A stretch of DNA of 64,000 nucleotides from Candidatus Uhrbacteria bacterium (GCA_943354605.1 CALRCK010000003.1:85609-149608), one strand, 5' to 3'; positions 25,838 to 36,158 are shown, numbered from the stretch's first letter. The notes: generated by a model not told the origin, from the letters alone. Program-made: numbers and translations.

Positions 25838-25910
25838 GTCATTGCGAGGAGGGTAATCCCGACGCGGCAATCCAGGTTCATCTAGGTTGCTTCGTTGCAC
25901 TCGCAATGAC
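25838..25910. repeat. Family B palindromic element (GTCATTGCGAG...CTCGCAATGAC)
   Basis: Left arm is the exact reverse complement of the right arm of 45993-46072 over 36 nt. Confidence 0.88.
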
Positions 25911-25921
25911 GGATGGTACGA

Positions 25922-26419
25922 TTACCCGAATAAAAACTTCACCACAGCATTTGGTTTTCGAAGATTTCCAAGAACAATCGCATTCAATCCAAATGCGTGT
26001 CCAGCGCCACCTGCAGCAAAGAGCGCAAGTACCGCAGCGTAAATGACATGCTCGTCGATGTATCCCATCTTCGTATTGCTAACAAAATGCGCAAAGTAAT
26101 ACAGCGCCATCAAAAGCATACCGAGAATTGCAGCAGGACGAACAAGCAAACCAACAATCAACGCGATGCCAAGGCAGAGCAGTCCCCACTCATTCATGAA
26201 GTCGATCACGCCGTTTCCCGCCAATGATCGAAACCATTCTGCGAACGGGCCTTCTGCGGTGCTGAGATATGTTGCTGCGCTCCAGTCTGTTGAAATCTTT
26301 GCCCATCCCGCAGTGAGATACACGCCACCAAGGAGCACACGAAGTGCAACATATGCCGCTCCGAACGTTTTCTCATGCGTGGTCTCTGCGATTTTCCCAA
26401 GCGTGGACTGTGTGCGCAT
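25922..26419 (-). CDS. DoxX/DoxD-like membrane protein
   Basis: LRVLLG..YL.AG..KI, GIALIVGL.VR.A, DEH.IY. Confidence 0.8.
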   Translation of the reverse strand: MRTQSTLGKIAETTHEKTFGAAYVALRVLLGGVYLTAGWAKISTDWSAATYLSTAEGPFAEWFRSLAGNGVIDFMNEWGLLCLGIALIVGLLVRPAAILGMLLMALYYFAHFVSNTKMGYIDEHVIYAAVLALFAAGGAGHAFGLNAIVLGNLRKPNAVVKFLFG

Positions 26420-26442
26420 ACAAAAAAATTACGTGTTCGGCT

Positions 26443-27438
26443 TTACGATGCCAAACACAACTCAACGAGGCTGTGCGAATAGCCCCACTCGTTGTCGTAC
26501 CATGCGACGACTTTCACCAAGTTCCCATCAACAACATTCGTCAGCGAAAGATCGACGGTCGCAGAATGTGGATCGCCGATAAAGTCCGAAGATACAAGAG
26601 GCTCGTCCGTTGTTCCGACAATCGATGCAAAACGCGGCGTTTTTACCGCGGCAAGAATCGCCGCATTCACTTCCTCGATCGTGACGTTCTTCTTGAGAAG
26701 GAACGTCATGTCCGAGAGCGACACGGTTGGTACTGGAACGCGAATCGAGAGCCCATCGAAGCGTCCTTTCAGCGAAGGAATCGTGAGCGCAACAGCGATC
26801 GCGGCGCCGGTTGATGTTGGAACAATGTTCTCTGCGGCTGCGCGGCCTTCGCGCATGTCCTTCTTTGGCGAATCAACCAATGCCTGCGATGCCGTATAGC
26901 CGTGCACCGTCGTCATCATCGCCTTTTCAATACCGAATGCTGCCTCGATAATCGCCGACACTGGTGCAACGCAATTCGTGGTGCACGACGCATTACTGAG
27001 AATACCCGCCTTCTCCCCCTTCAGCTTTTCGTCGTTCACGCTCATCACAAACGTTGGAACATTTCCGCCCTTGGCTGGTGCCGAAATCACCACGCGCTTC
27101 GCTCCAGCAGCAAGATGCACACTCGCCTTTTCTTCTGTCACGAACAACCCAGTCGATTCAATAACGATGTCGATATCCAAATCTTTCCACGGCAATTGCG
27201 CAGGATCTTTCTGTGCCAAGAGCTTGATAGTTTTTCCGCCAACAATCAGGGAGTCTTCCGTGTGACTCACCTCCACATTCCATGCGCCGTAATTCGTATC
27301 GTGCTTCAAAAGATACGCAAGCGTTGCCGCGTCTGTAAGATCATTAATCGCCACCACATCAAACCCCTTTTTCTCCCAACCCACCTTAAATACCGTTCGT
27401 CCAATCCGCCCAAACCCGTTGATAGCAATGCGAGGCAT
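26443..27438 (-). CDS. gap: Glyceraldehyde-3-phosphate dehydrogenase
   Basis: INGFGRIGR, ASCTTNC, WYDNEWGYS. Confidence 0.98.
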   Translation of the reverse strand: MPRIAINGFGRIGRTVFKVGWEKKGFDVVAINDLTDAATLAYLLKHDTNYGAWNVEVSHTEDSLIVGGKTIKLLAQKDPAQLPWKDLDIDIVIESTGLFVTEEKASVHLAAGAKRVVISAPAKGGNVPTFVMSVNDEKLKGEKAGILSNASCTTNCVAPVSAIIEAAFGIEKAMMTTVHGYTASQALVDSPKKDMREGRAAAENIVPTSTGAAIAVALTIPSLKGRFDGLSIRVPVPTVSLSDMTFLLKKNVTIEEVNAAILAAVKTPRFASIVGTTDEPLVSSDFIGDPHSATVDLSLTNVVDGNLVKVVAWYDNEWGYSHSLVELCLAS

Positions 27439-27509
27439 AGATGCCAATATTTTATCACGAAACACAAAACCGAGCCCGGAGGCTCGGTGGTGTGGATTGC
27501 TCTTGGGAG

Positions 27510-28100
27510 TTACGCCCCGAGCTGCATGCGAACCATGCGGCCGATGCGGAGGTTTTCACCAATCGCGGTGATGTTCTCCGTGAGAAGCGCCTGAATGGTC
27601 TTCTCGTCGTCCTTAATGAACTGCTGTTCAAGCAAACAGATGTCTGCGAAGAACTTGTTCAACTTGCCGTCGAGGATCTTTTCGATCATCTCCGCTGGCT
27701 TGCCTTCCTGAGAAAGCTGCTCGCGGTACACCGCCTTTTCGCGGTCAATCACGTCTGCCGGAACCTGATCGCGCGACACGTACTGCGGAGCACTTGCAGC
27801 GATGTGCATCGCCAAATCCTGACCGAATGCCACGAACTTCTCGTTGCGGGCCACGAAATCCGTTTCACACATCACTTCCACCAACACCGCAAGCTTATCG
27901 CCATGCGTGTAGGCAAACACCTTTCCTTCAGCCGTCACACGGTCCGACTTCTTTGCGGCTTTTGCGGCACCTGCAACGCGCAAAGCATCGATAGCCTTTT
28001 CCATGTCGCCACCCGCTTCTTCAAGCGCGCGCTTGGCGTCCATCATTCCCGCACCACTCATCTCGCGAAGCTTCGCGACGTCACCGGCAGAAATTGCCAT
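27510..28100 (-). CDS. tsf: Elongation factor Ts (short form)
   Basis: LREMSGAGMMDAKRAL, CETDFVA. Confidence 0.97.
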   Translation of the reverse strand: MAISAGDVAKLREMSGAGMMDAKRALEEAGGDMEKAIDALRVAGAAKAAKKSDRVTAEGKVFAYTHGDKLAVLVEVMCETDFVARNEKFVAFGQDLAMHIAASAPQYVSRDQVPADVIDREKAVYREQLSQEGKPAEMIEKILDGKLNKFFADICLLEQQFIKDDEKTIQALLTENITAIGENLRIGRMVRMQLGA

Positions 28101-28112
28101 AGTGATATTCGA

Positions 28113-28991
28113 TTATTTCTTTCCTTCTGGTTTGCGGACCTCTGGCTTTGCTTCTGCTTTTGCAGCGCCAGCCTTCATTGCAAGCTCCTCCTTAGTTGCG
28201 TCGTCCAAATCGTCGACGGCCGCACGTGAGCTATCGGTCAATTTTACATCATCTTCGGCATTCACGCGAGCGATTGCTGCAGCCTTTTCAGTAGCGATTG
28301 CGGTTGCGCGAGCCTTACCTTCCTTTACTGCTGCTGCGATAAGCTCAGAAACCATTTCCAAGCTTCCCACCGCGTCGTCGTTTCCTGGAATCACGTAGCG
28401 AATGCCGCGTGGGTTCACATTGCTATCCACAAGCGCGACCATCGTTACGCCCATCGTTGTTGCTTCGCGAACAGCAGTCTTCTCATGACGAGCGTCCAAG
28501 ATGAACAATGCATCTGGAAGCTTCGTCAGCGTGGAAAGTCCGCCGATCTTCTCCTCAAGCTCATCGATTTCGCGAGAGAACTGGAGCTGTTCGAGTTTGG
28601 TGTACTTCTTGAGCTCGCCCTTTGCCGACTTGTCCTTCAGGTCCAGATAGTGACGGATGAGGCGCTGGATTTGTGCGAAGTTCGTGAGTGTTCCACCCAA
28701 CCAACGCGTGTTGATGTATGGCACGCCAGCCTCCTTTGCGCATGCTTCCACAATTGGCTGTGCCTGGCGCTTCGTACCGACGAAAACGATCACGCCACCA
28801 CGAGCCGTCGTTTCAGTGACGAACGTCATTGCGCGTTCCAACTGCGTCTGTGTCTTTTCAATGTCGATGATGTGCACACCACCGCGCTCGCCGAAAATGA
28901 ACTGCTTCATCTTTGGGTGCCAGCGGCTAGACTGATGACCGAAGTGAACGCCTGCCTTAAGCATCTCTAACAATGTTGGCATCTTTGCCAT
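28113..28991 (-). CDS. rpsB: 30S ribosomal protein S2
   Basis: AGVHFGH, RWLGGTLTN, PGNDD. Confidence 0.98.
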   Translation of the reverse strand: MAKMPTLLEMLKAGVHFGHQSSRWHPKMKQFIFGERGGVHIIDIEKTQTQLERAMTFVTETTARGGVIVFVGTKRQAQPIVEACAKEAGVPYINTRWLGGTLTNFAQIQRLIRHYLDLKDKSAKGELKKYTKLEQLQFSREIDELEEKIGGLSTLTKLPDALFILDARHEKTAVREATTMGVTMVALVDSNVNPRGIRYVIPGNDDAVGSLEMVSELIAAAVKEGKARATAIATEKAAAIARVNAEDDVKLTDSSRAAVDDLDDATKEELAMKAGAAKAEAKPEVRKPEGKK

Positions 28992-29001
28992 ATGAATATA
29001 A

Positions 29002-29125
29002 GCACTTTTCCCATTTGGCCTCTTTTCGGCTTGTCGCATCGGAAACTCGCTCAACGTACACATGAAGTACGCCTCGCGAGCTTTCCTCGCTCCGCACCAA
29101 AAATAGTCTCAAATGTGCAAAGTGC
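29002..29125. repeat. Family D hairpin element, copy 3 (10 nt upstream of rpsB)
   Basis: GCACTTTTCCCATTTGG...CTCGCTCAACGTAC..GTACGCCTCGCGAG...CAAATGTGCAAAGTGC. Confidence 0.85.
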
Positions 29126-29322
29126 GTCCTTTTATCCTCGGCTTTTGCCATCGCGGGCCCAGTCTGCGCTGGGAGGATCCGGTCGATGATGAAGTCAAAA
29201 GCCTGTGAGATTCTGATGAATAATCGCCTCGCAGAAGACGGCAAAAGAGTACTAAATTCCGCAGAAAAAGGCAAGACCGCCGGGATGCGTTCCCGACGGC
29301 CCCGTTGCCTGTCCGTGCTGTC

Positions 29323-29769
29323 TCACCGCTCCCCCGTCCGCGGCTGAGGCTTTGGTGGAATTTGGTGATCGTGCTCGAGCTTGTCGAAAAGCTCCAAAAG
29401 CGCACTCATCCGCCCCGGCATCGTCACCATCCAGCCGCCAACACCGTTCGCCCATTCCTGGATGTGTTGACTGGCAGTGAACATCAGCAGAACGAAAGGG
29501 ATGTTCGCGTTGAACATGTGCGTGCTGCGCTGCTGGAGAAAATCGATCCCCCGCATTCCACGACGCTTGCCTTCGTCCGGACCGGTCATGTCGTCAGTAA
29601 CCACGACCGCCAGACGTTCTCCGCACGCTCCGAAGACTTTCAGCGCTTCATCGAAGCTCGCCGTTCCGAACACATCCCAGCCGCCCCTGCGGGCAGATTC
29701 GAGGATGACCTCTCGAACGGCTTCATCCTGCAAGAAGAAAAGAATAGTGTTTCTCGTTCTCGTGGCCAC
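29323..29769 (-). CDS. Divergent stand-alone receiver (REC)-like protein
   Basis: ILFFLQDEAVR, VVVTDD, GIDFL, PFVLLMFTA; GGAGG + GTG start. Confidence 0.6.
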   Translation of the reverse strand: MATRTRNTILFFLQDEAVREVILESARRGGWDVFGTASFDEALKVFGACGERLAVVVTDDMTGPDEGKRRGMRGIDFLQQRSTHMFNANIPFVLLMFTASQHIQEWANGVGGWMVTMPGRMSALLELFDKLEHDHQIPPKPQPRTGER

Positions 29770-29818
29770 AGACCACCTCCGGGGCTACTGTGACACGACG
29801 TATGCTCTTCGGCAAGAA

Positions 29819-30817
29819 TCAGCGGATAAACATGGCATCGCCAAAGGAGAAGAAACGATAACGATGGCCGATAGCCTCCTGGTATGCGGCCAAGACATGC
29901 TCGCGGCCGGCGAAAGCGGAAACGAGCATGAGGAGTGTTGATTTTGGAAGGTGAAAATTCGTGACAAGACCGTCGACAACTTTAAAATCGAATCCTGGCG
30001 TAATGAACATGTTTATTTCCCCGCTGTACGCGGCAACCTCGCCGATCGTTGCGACAACACCCTCAAGAACTCGCACGGTTGTTGTGCCAACGGCAATAAT
30101 GCGACGATCTTCAGTTTTTGCCAATCGAATTCGAGCTGCCGTCGGCTCATCGATTTCCACAACCTCAGCGTGCATCACGTGGTCCTCGATATAAGCAACC
30201 TGCACCGGACGGAAGGTTCCGATTCCCACGTGAAGAATCACTTCCTCGATCTGTACACCTTTCGATCGAGCCTTCTCGATAAGTTCGGGAGTGAAGTGAA
30301 GCCCGGCGGTTGGTGCAGCCACCGATCCGGTCGACTTCGCATAGACGGTTTGGTAGCGATCGATAGGGCAAAGTCCGGCTTTGACGTACGGCGGAGTGGG
30401 CACCGATCCCTGTTCTTCACAAAAACCGAACATCTCAATCGCTGATTTCCCAGTGTTTAGTGTAAAGATTCCATCATCTGATTTCCCTATCACCATAAAA
30501 CCTCCAAGGTCAAAGCCGGACTTTGCCTTTCGCCCCGGTTTTACCAGCGCGTCGATCTCGCCGTCACGAACCTTGAGAACAAAAACCTCGAAACCGTCGA
30601 TCTGAAGGCGAGCCTTAAAAACCTTGGAAACATTAAAAACCAAAACATCGCCCGCATTCAGCTCGTCGATAATTTCGGAAAATCGATCCCGATGCTGCAC
30701 CTCGCCGGTTGCGCGATCGAGCACAAGCAATCTCGATGCATCTCGAGGCTCGATCGGAACCTGGGCGATGAGCTCTTCCGGAAGATCGTACGAAAAATCA
30801 GCAACAGGCGTTGGCAT
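29819..30817 (-). CDS. queA: SAM:tRNA ribosyltransferase-isomerase
   Basis: FSYDLPEELIAQ, AAPTAGLHF, VGTT, NFHLPKSTL, FFSFGDAM. Confidence 0.97.
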   Translation of the reverse strand: MPTPVADFSYDLPEELIAQVPIEPRDASRLLVLDRATGEVQHRDRFSEIIDELNAGDVLVFNVSKVFKARLQIDGFEVFVLKVRDGEIDALVKPGRKAKSGFDLGGFMVIGKSDDGIFTLNTGKSAIEMFGFCEEQGSVPTPPYVKAGLCPIDRYQTVYAKSTGSVAAPTAGLHFTPELIEKARSKGVQIEEVILHVGIGTFRPVQVAYIEDHVMHAEVVEIDEPTAARIRLAKTEDRRIIAVGTTTVRVLEGVVATIGEVAAYSGEINMFITPGFDFKVVDGLVTNFHLPKSTLLMLVSAFAGREHVLAAYQEAIGHRYRFFSFGDAMFIR

Positions 30818-30898
30818 AATGCCGAATATTTTAGGCTAATACTTGCGAAAAAGCAAGAAATGTGATGAAATCTTCCCGCACAAACACCGGAGGTTCCT

Positions 30899-31228
30899 CT
30901 GATCCCGACCATCGTCTTCGTCCCAGCAGCGATCCTCGCCATCGCGCTCATCATCCTCGGTTCGTTCGGCTGCTTCGGATGCGGCTACGTCCTACAGCTC
31001 CGCGAAACCTCGCGCATCACGCATCGCGTCTTCATGATCCGCATGATCATCGCGATCCCCTGCAGCTCACTGCTCGGGGCGGGATGGGGGCTGACCAAGG
31101 CGCTCGTCGAGCTCCGGCTCTCGACGTGTGGTCAGCCATTCGCCTACCCGCACTACCTGATGCCAGCGATGCTCCTGGCCTACATGGCCTATCAGTTCCG
31201 CTGCGGCATGCGCCACCCGTTGCAGTAA
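30899..31228 (+). CDS. Hypothetical 3-TM membrane protein, probable CTG start
   Basis: GGAGG (30889-30893), 5 nt, then an in-frame CTG that extends ORF 31034-31228 by a hydrophobic N-terminus; terminator hairpin follows. Confidence 0.55.
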   Translation: MIPTIVFVPAAILAIALIILGSFGCFGCGYVLQLRETSRITHRVFMIRMIIAIPCSSLLGAGWGLTKALVELRLSTCGQPFAYPHYLMPAMLLAYMAYQFRCGMRHPLQ

Positions 31229-31404
31229 CCGGGCGCTGAACCAAACCCTCGTCCAACCCCACGCCCCACGCCGACGCCACCCACGCAGGGTGGCGTCGCG
31301 GTCGTTTTCCCCACAATTCACCGCCAATCTTTGACAAAAAAGGTCTGATCCGATACCATTTCCCCACTTAATCGACTGTATACAAAGCAGTCTCAACTCC
31401 CTCT

Positions 31405-31716
31405 ATGAAGGCAGCGATTCACCCAAAATACTTCGATTCGACGATCACCTGTGCATGTGGTGCCGTGTACAAGGTTGGTTCGAGCTTGGAAAAGATCGAC
31501 ATCGAATTGTGCAGTGCGTGCCACCCATTCTTTACTGGTAAGCAGAAAATCTTGGACACCGCTCGTCGCGTGGAAAAGTTCACTGCAAAGGACAGCAAGA
31601 AGACTGGCACCATCAAGACGGCAAAGGACAAGGCTGCAGAACGCGCCGCTCGTGCAACCGCAAAGGCTGCAAAGAAGGCAAACTCCGACACCTCGATCAA
31701 ATCCGTTTCACGTTAG
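31405..31716 (+). CDS. rpmE: 50S ribosomal protein L31
   Basis: IHPKY, CACG, CSACHPFFTG; TTGACA-17-TACCAT promoter at 31331. Confidence 0.97.
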   Translation: MKAAIHPKYFDSTITCACGAVYKVGSSLEKIDIELCSACHPFFTGKQKILDTARRVEKFTAKDSKKTGTIKTAKDKAAERAARATAKAAKKANSDTSIKSVSR

Positions 31717-31773
31717 GTTTTCACCGAAAACACTCCGTCGTACGATGGGGTGTTTTCATTTATACTGAAATCT

Positions 31774-32871
31774 ATGGCACTCGAATTTGAAAAGGTTATT
31801 GCGGATAAGCGCGCCGAAAAAGCGGCAATCGAAGCTGAGCTCATGAGCCCAGCCGTGCTTGGGAACCCCAAAAAGCTTCGCGAAGTGAACGCGCAATACC
31901 AGCAGATCAGCCGAATCCTGGACATTGCCACAGTGTACGAAATCGCCGCACGCAACCTTGCTGAGGCGCAAGCAACGGTGAACGATGCAGATCCAGAAAT
32001 TCGCCAAATGGCCGAACAGGAAATTGCCGCGATTCTTCCAACAATGCCAAAATTGGAAATGGACCTCGAGCTCGCGCTCATTCCCGCAGATCCAATCGAC
32101 GGCCACGACGCGATCATGGAAATTCGCGCCGGTACTGGTGGCGACGAAGCTGCACTCTTCGCGGCAGACCTCTACCGCATGTACACCCGCTTTGCGGAAC
32201 GCAACAGCTGGAAGGCGATCATCATTTCGCAAAGCCAAAACGATCTTGGCGGCTTCCGTGAAATCATCGTGGAAATTCATGGCGACGGCGCATACGGCAC
32301 CATGAAGCTGGAAAGCGGCGTGCATCGTGTGCAACGTGTGCCGTCCACTGAGAAGGCTGGTCGCATTCACACATCAACCGCAACCGTCGCAGTCCTCCCG
32401 AAGATCGAACAGGAAGAATTCGACATCAATCCAAAAGATCTTACCATCGAAGCGACCACATCACAGGGCGCCGGCGGTCAGTCCGTGAACACCACATACA
32501 GCGCCGTGCGCATGGTGCACATCCCCACCGGAATCACCGTGTACTGTCAGGACGAGCGGTCGTTCAGTCAGAACAAGGAACGCGCCATGGGCGTGATGCG
32601 TTCACGCGTCTTTGCGTTTGAAGCAGAAAAGAAGCGCGCCGCACTGGACGCTGAACGCCGCAGCCAGATTGGTGGCGCAGAACGTTCCGAAAAAATCCGC
32701 ACATACAACTTCCCGCAAGATCGCATTACCGATCATCGCGTCAAACAGTCGTGGCACGGCATCCCAGCAATCCTCGACGGCAACATCACCGACATCCTCA
32801 CCACACTCAAAATGGCGGCACGCGATGCAAAGTTCGGCGAACTGACCAGCGACGACGAGGACGACGAATAA
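31774..32871 (+). CDS. prfA: Peptide chain release factor 1
   Basis: [15 protein letters not shown] (PxT), GAGGQ. Confidence 0.97.
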   Translation: MALEFEKVIADKRAEKAAIEAELMSPAVLGNPKKLREVNAQYQQISRILDIATVYEIAARNLAEAQATVNDADPEIRQMAEQEIAAILPTMPKLEMDLELALIPADPIDGHDAIMEIRAGTGGDEAALFAADLYRMYTRFAERNSWKAIIISQSQNDLGGFREIIVEIHGDGAYGTMKLESGVHRVQRVPSTEKAGRIHTSTATVAVLPKIEQEEFDINPKDLTIEATTSQGAGGQSVNTTYSAVRMVHIPTGITVYCQDERSFSQNKERAMGVMRSRVFAFEAEKKRAALDAERRSQIGGAERSEKIRTYNFPQDRITDHRVKQSWHGIPAILDGNITDILTTLKMAARDAKFGELTSDDEDDE

Positions 32872-32874
32872 TGT

Positions 32875-33789
32875 ATGGACGGCGCCATGACGATTTTCGA
32901 ACTCCTCGCATGGGCCGGCGATGCGCTGAAAGCTGCCGATGCAACGCGCTCTGTGAAACAAAACCCTCGCCTTGATGCGCAGGTGTTATTGTCCTACGTC
33001 CTTGGCGTGAACAGCGCGTACCTTTTTACGCATGGCGATGAAACCGTGAAGTCGCAAGACGCAGAAACGTTTCAGCGCCTTGTTGCGCGCCGAGCTCGAC
33101 ACGAACCCGTCGCGTACCTCACCCAAACCAAAGCATTCTTCGGCCGCGATTTCTTCGTCAATCAACACGTCCTCATTCCACGACCCGACACAGAAATTTT
33201 AGTCGAGGCCGCACTCGGCGTGATCGATTTCCGATCGACCATCGTCGACATCGGCACCGGCAGCGGCGCGATCGCAATTTCGCTCGAACTTGAAACCCAT
33301 CGCCCAACATTCGCTATCGAGATTGATCGCGACACCAAAGCGGTCGCCGAACACAATGCGCGAAATCTCGGCGCGAACATTACCTTCCTTGACGGCTCCC
33401 TCTTCGAGCCGTTCGTAAACCTCGCAATAAACGACCTGACCCCTTTTCAAAATTCTCATCTCGTCATCACCGCCAACCTTCCGTACCTCACGCCGTGGCA
33501 GTGGGAAGCGCTCGATCCCGATGTGAAAAATTACGAGCCAAAACTCGCACTCGTCGGCGGTGCCGATGGCTTGGCGCTATACGACGAACTGTGCAACCAA
33601 ATCCGAACCTACCTTCACGAAGCATCACGCAAAGGCAAGCGTATCGCCGTCGATCTTGTCATCGAAATCGACCCGTCCCAAAAGCTCACCGCCCCCGCTC
33701 TTCTGAAATCCCACTTCCCTTCTGCCGCCATCAAAACCATCCGCGATCTCACACACCGCGAACGCGTCGTTGTCGCGTCGATACGGTAA
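32875..33789 (+). CDS. prmC: Release factor glutamine methyltransferase
   Basis: VLIPRPDTE, DIGTGSG, ANLPY; follows prfA. Confidence 0.95.
   Translation: MDGAMTIFELLAWAGDALKAADATRSVKQNPRLDAQVLLSYVLGVNSAYLFTHGDETVKSQDAETFQRLVARRARHEPVAYLTQTKAFFGRDFFVNQHVLIPRPDTEILVEAALGVIDFRSTIVDIGTGSGAIAISLELETHRPTFAIEIDRDTKAVAEHNARNLGANITFLDGSLFEPFVNLAINDLTPFQNSHLVITANLPYLTPWQWEALDPDVKNYEPKLALVGGADGLALYDELCNQIRTYLHEASRKGKRIAVDLVIEIDPSQKLTAPALLKSHFPSAAIKTIRDLTHRERVVVASIR
33417..33446. repeat. Solo copy of the RAYT right terminal repeat, in-frame within prmC
   Basis: AAACCTCGCAATAAACGACCTGACCCCTTT is identical to 60546-60575. Confidence 0.9.
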
Positions 33790-33850
33790 ACACTGTACAA
33801 ATCCTGAAAATCCGAGTATAATTCTCGCGGCATCCACGCCCGGAGTTCTC

Positions 33851-34159
33851 TTGATCATCGTCACCATCGGCTTCCCCGACACCCACCACCCAAGCAATGC
33901 AATAGACAGACACCCGCAGCCCGGAACGGTGCGCGAACGGCTTCTCCAAACTCGCGTGAAGATCGCCGGAGTGCACACCGGCACCTTCCTCCAGCTCACG
34001 TTCGAGCCCAACAGCCCCGGCCGGTTCCGTGGGGCGAGCGATCACCTCATCCGTTGGCTCATAGAACTCGCGAAGTGTCAGTGGGGCGAGATCGTGAAGA
34101 TCGAAGTGAAAGGAACCGAGCGCAATCCGCTCCACGCCGAGATTCCGAACTTCGACTGA
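33851..34159 (+). CDS. Hypothetical protein (GC-rich orphan, TTG start)
   Basis: GGAG + in-frame TTG; TATAAT at ~33817; hairpin terminator at ~34185-34215. Confidence 0.5.
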   Translation: MIIVTIGFPDTHHPSNAIDRHPQPGTVRERLLQTRVKIAGVHTGTFLQLTFEPNSPGRFRGASDHLIRWLIELAKCQWGEIVKIEVKGTERNPLHAEIPNFD

Positions 34160-34218
34160 GCCGTGCCCCACGCAACGAACACGAACGCGCCGACCTGACG
34201 AAGGTCGGCGCTCGTCGT

Positions 34219-35328
34219 TTATTCTCCCTTTTCAGCACGCAATCGATCGAGCGAATCCACCACTTCAATCCACGTCTTTCCTGCGTTCATCGTGATTTCT
34301 TTTCCTTGTTCATCGTAGAATCGTGTTCGCGCGAATGGCGATGCTTTTTTCCACGTCCCCGAAATCGACACGCCGTTTTGAAGAAGCGTCATCGAACCTT
34401 CGCCAATGGTTCGCACAGTGCGTCGGCCTTTGTCGTCGCCGGGAATTGTTCCGATATCGGTCGCGATGATAACGACGTTGTTTGCGACGTATATATTTCC
34501 GCCCTGCGTTCGATGGTACGCGTTCGTGGACGGATCATACGTCCAGTCAATATCGTATCCATTCCCCCAGGCGATATGTGTTGTATCTGCCGTCGATGAT
34601 TTCGATGCTCCGTCGGCGAATATCCACACATCGTACGACGGTGAACCGACGGAATATTTCTCGTCGATTTCGGAAATGGATTTCTTCAAATCATCTGTTC
34701 TGGTGTACACGTTGTGCGGAGCGTATCGCGTTAATTCATCGCGATAATAATATTCGCTCTGAAAGAACTGATTGAGATCGAGCGTTCCGTTTGTCGCAAT
34801 ATCGGCGAGCGCTTCCGGCGATCCGCCAACGTGTCCGTAAATACCCTGAAACTCTGCATTCCAATCGAGATAATATGGGCGCGCCGAACGCACTGGCCCA
34901 ATCTTCGCCACTGTTTGACCGTCGGAAAAGAACGCGATAAATCGGGGAATATTTCCCTCAACCGGAGCTTCGATGACCAGAAATGCTTGGTCGATTCCGG
35001 ACAGCGGCCACGCGTCTGCAGAATTCTCCACCATCACACCAAACACCTGCGGCAAATTCGCGAGTGGCGCAGAAAGAATCTCTCCCGTGAGTGGATGACG
35101 GAGAACAACAGCGATCGACGATGGAATGACTCGATCCTGTGGGTCCCTGTTGTAAGATACCGATCCTGAGATGGTCATGAACGCAGAGAGAGTCCCCGTC
35201 AACACAAAAATCCCACCAGCAAGAATGAAGAGATTTTTCGGCGTCCCTTCGCGCTTCCAAAGCCGCAATGCACGGTCGTGAACCCGACGGAACACACTCG
35301 ATGATTTCTTCGCCATAAGAGCTTCCAT
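34219..35328 (-). CDS. DUF3048 family protein
   Basis: VMVEN, EAPVEG..PRF, GPVRSARPY, APHN.Y, GKTWI. Confidence 0.9.
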   Translation of the reverse strand: MEALMAKKSSSVFRRVHDRALRLWKREGTPKNLFILAGGIFVLTGTLSAFMTISGSVSYNRDPQDRVIPSSIAVVLRHPLTGEILSAPLANLPQVFGVMVENSADAWPLSGIDQAFLVIEAPVEGNIPRFIAFFSDGQTVAKIGPVRSARPYYLDWNAEFQGIYGHVGGSPEALADIATNGTLDLNQFFQSEYYYRDELTRYAPHNVYTRTDDLKKSISEIDEKYSVGSPSYDVWIFADGASKSSTADTTHIAWGNGYDIDWTYDPSTNAYHRTQGGNIYVANNVVIIATDIGTIPGDDKGRRTVRTIGEGSMTLLQNGVSISGTWKKASPFARTRFYDEQGKEITMNAGKTWIEVVDSLDRLRAEKGE

Positions 35329-35372
35329 GATATCAAAAACACCCCGCCATGACGACGGGGTGTTTTCTGGGC

Positions 35373-36068
35373 TTATTTCTTGTCCTTGGTTTCCTTTGCC
35401 GCTTTTTCTGCTTCTGCAGCTTCTTCCGGCGTCAGCTTCTTTTCCTTGAGCACTTCCACCTTTGAAACGTCGGCATCCACCACTTCGTTCAACGATGCGA
35501 GCTCTTCCTCGGAACGTGGCGGCTGGACGGATGCGATCGCAACTTCGCCGTCGGTCGTAATTTCCACGCCTTCTGGCGCAACAATGTCGGAGACGCGAAT
35601 CACGTCGTCGAAGGTTGCAAGCTTTGAAACATCGATACTGATTTCGTGGACGAGCGCGTTTGGAAGCGAGATCACTTCAACTTCTTCAAGCGACTGCAAC
35701 AGTGTTCCGCCAAGTTCCTTCACGGCTGGAGCCATACCCACAAGCACCAAAGGAATCTTTGCCTCAATCTTGCGGTTTGGATCCACTGCGCGGAAGTCGA
35801 TGTGAGTCACAAAATCGTTCAATGCGTTGCGCTGAATTTCGCCAATAAGCACCTGGAACGTCTTGTCGCTAATCACGAGGTCCACAACGGTGCTTGAACC
35901 TGCGGCCGCGAAAACTTTCAAAAATGCGTTGCGATCAACCTGGATGTTTGTTGGTTCGGTGCCAAAGCCGTAAACGACTGCTGGGACGGTTCCTTCAGCA
36001 CGAAGTGCTTCAGTACCGCGGCCTTTGAGTTCGCGAAGGGTGGCATTCATTGTTGCGTGGTTCTGCAT
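35373..36068 (-). CDS. rplY: 50S ribosomal protein L25
   Basis: LR.EG.VPAVVYG, HIDF; long Ctc-type form; exact start uncertain. Confidence 0.95.
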   Translation of the reverse strand: MQNHATMNATLRELKGRGTEALRAEGTVPAVVYGFGTEPTNIQVDRNAFLKVFAAAGSSTVVDLVISDKTFQVLIGEIQRNALNDFVTHIDFRAVDPNRKIEAKIPLVLVGMAPAVKELGGTLLQSLEEVEVISLPNALVHEISIDVSKLATFDDVIRVSDIVAPEGVEITTDGEVAIASVQPPRSEEELASLNEVVDADVSKVEVLKEKKLTPEEAAEAEKAAKETKDKK

Positions 36069-36158
36069 AGATGGCGGGTATTTCATCGAATCTTAGCCTT
36101 TTTGTCAAACCGGTTATACAGAACTCCCTCAATTTCCCCATTTTCGCCGCACTTCCTC

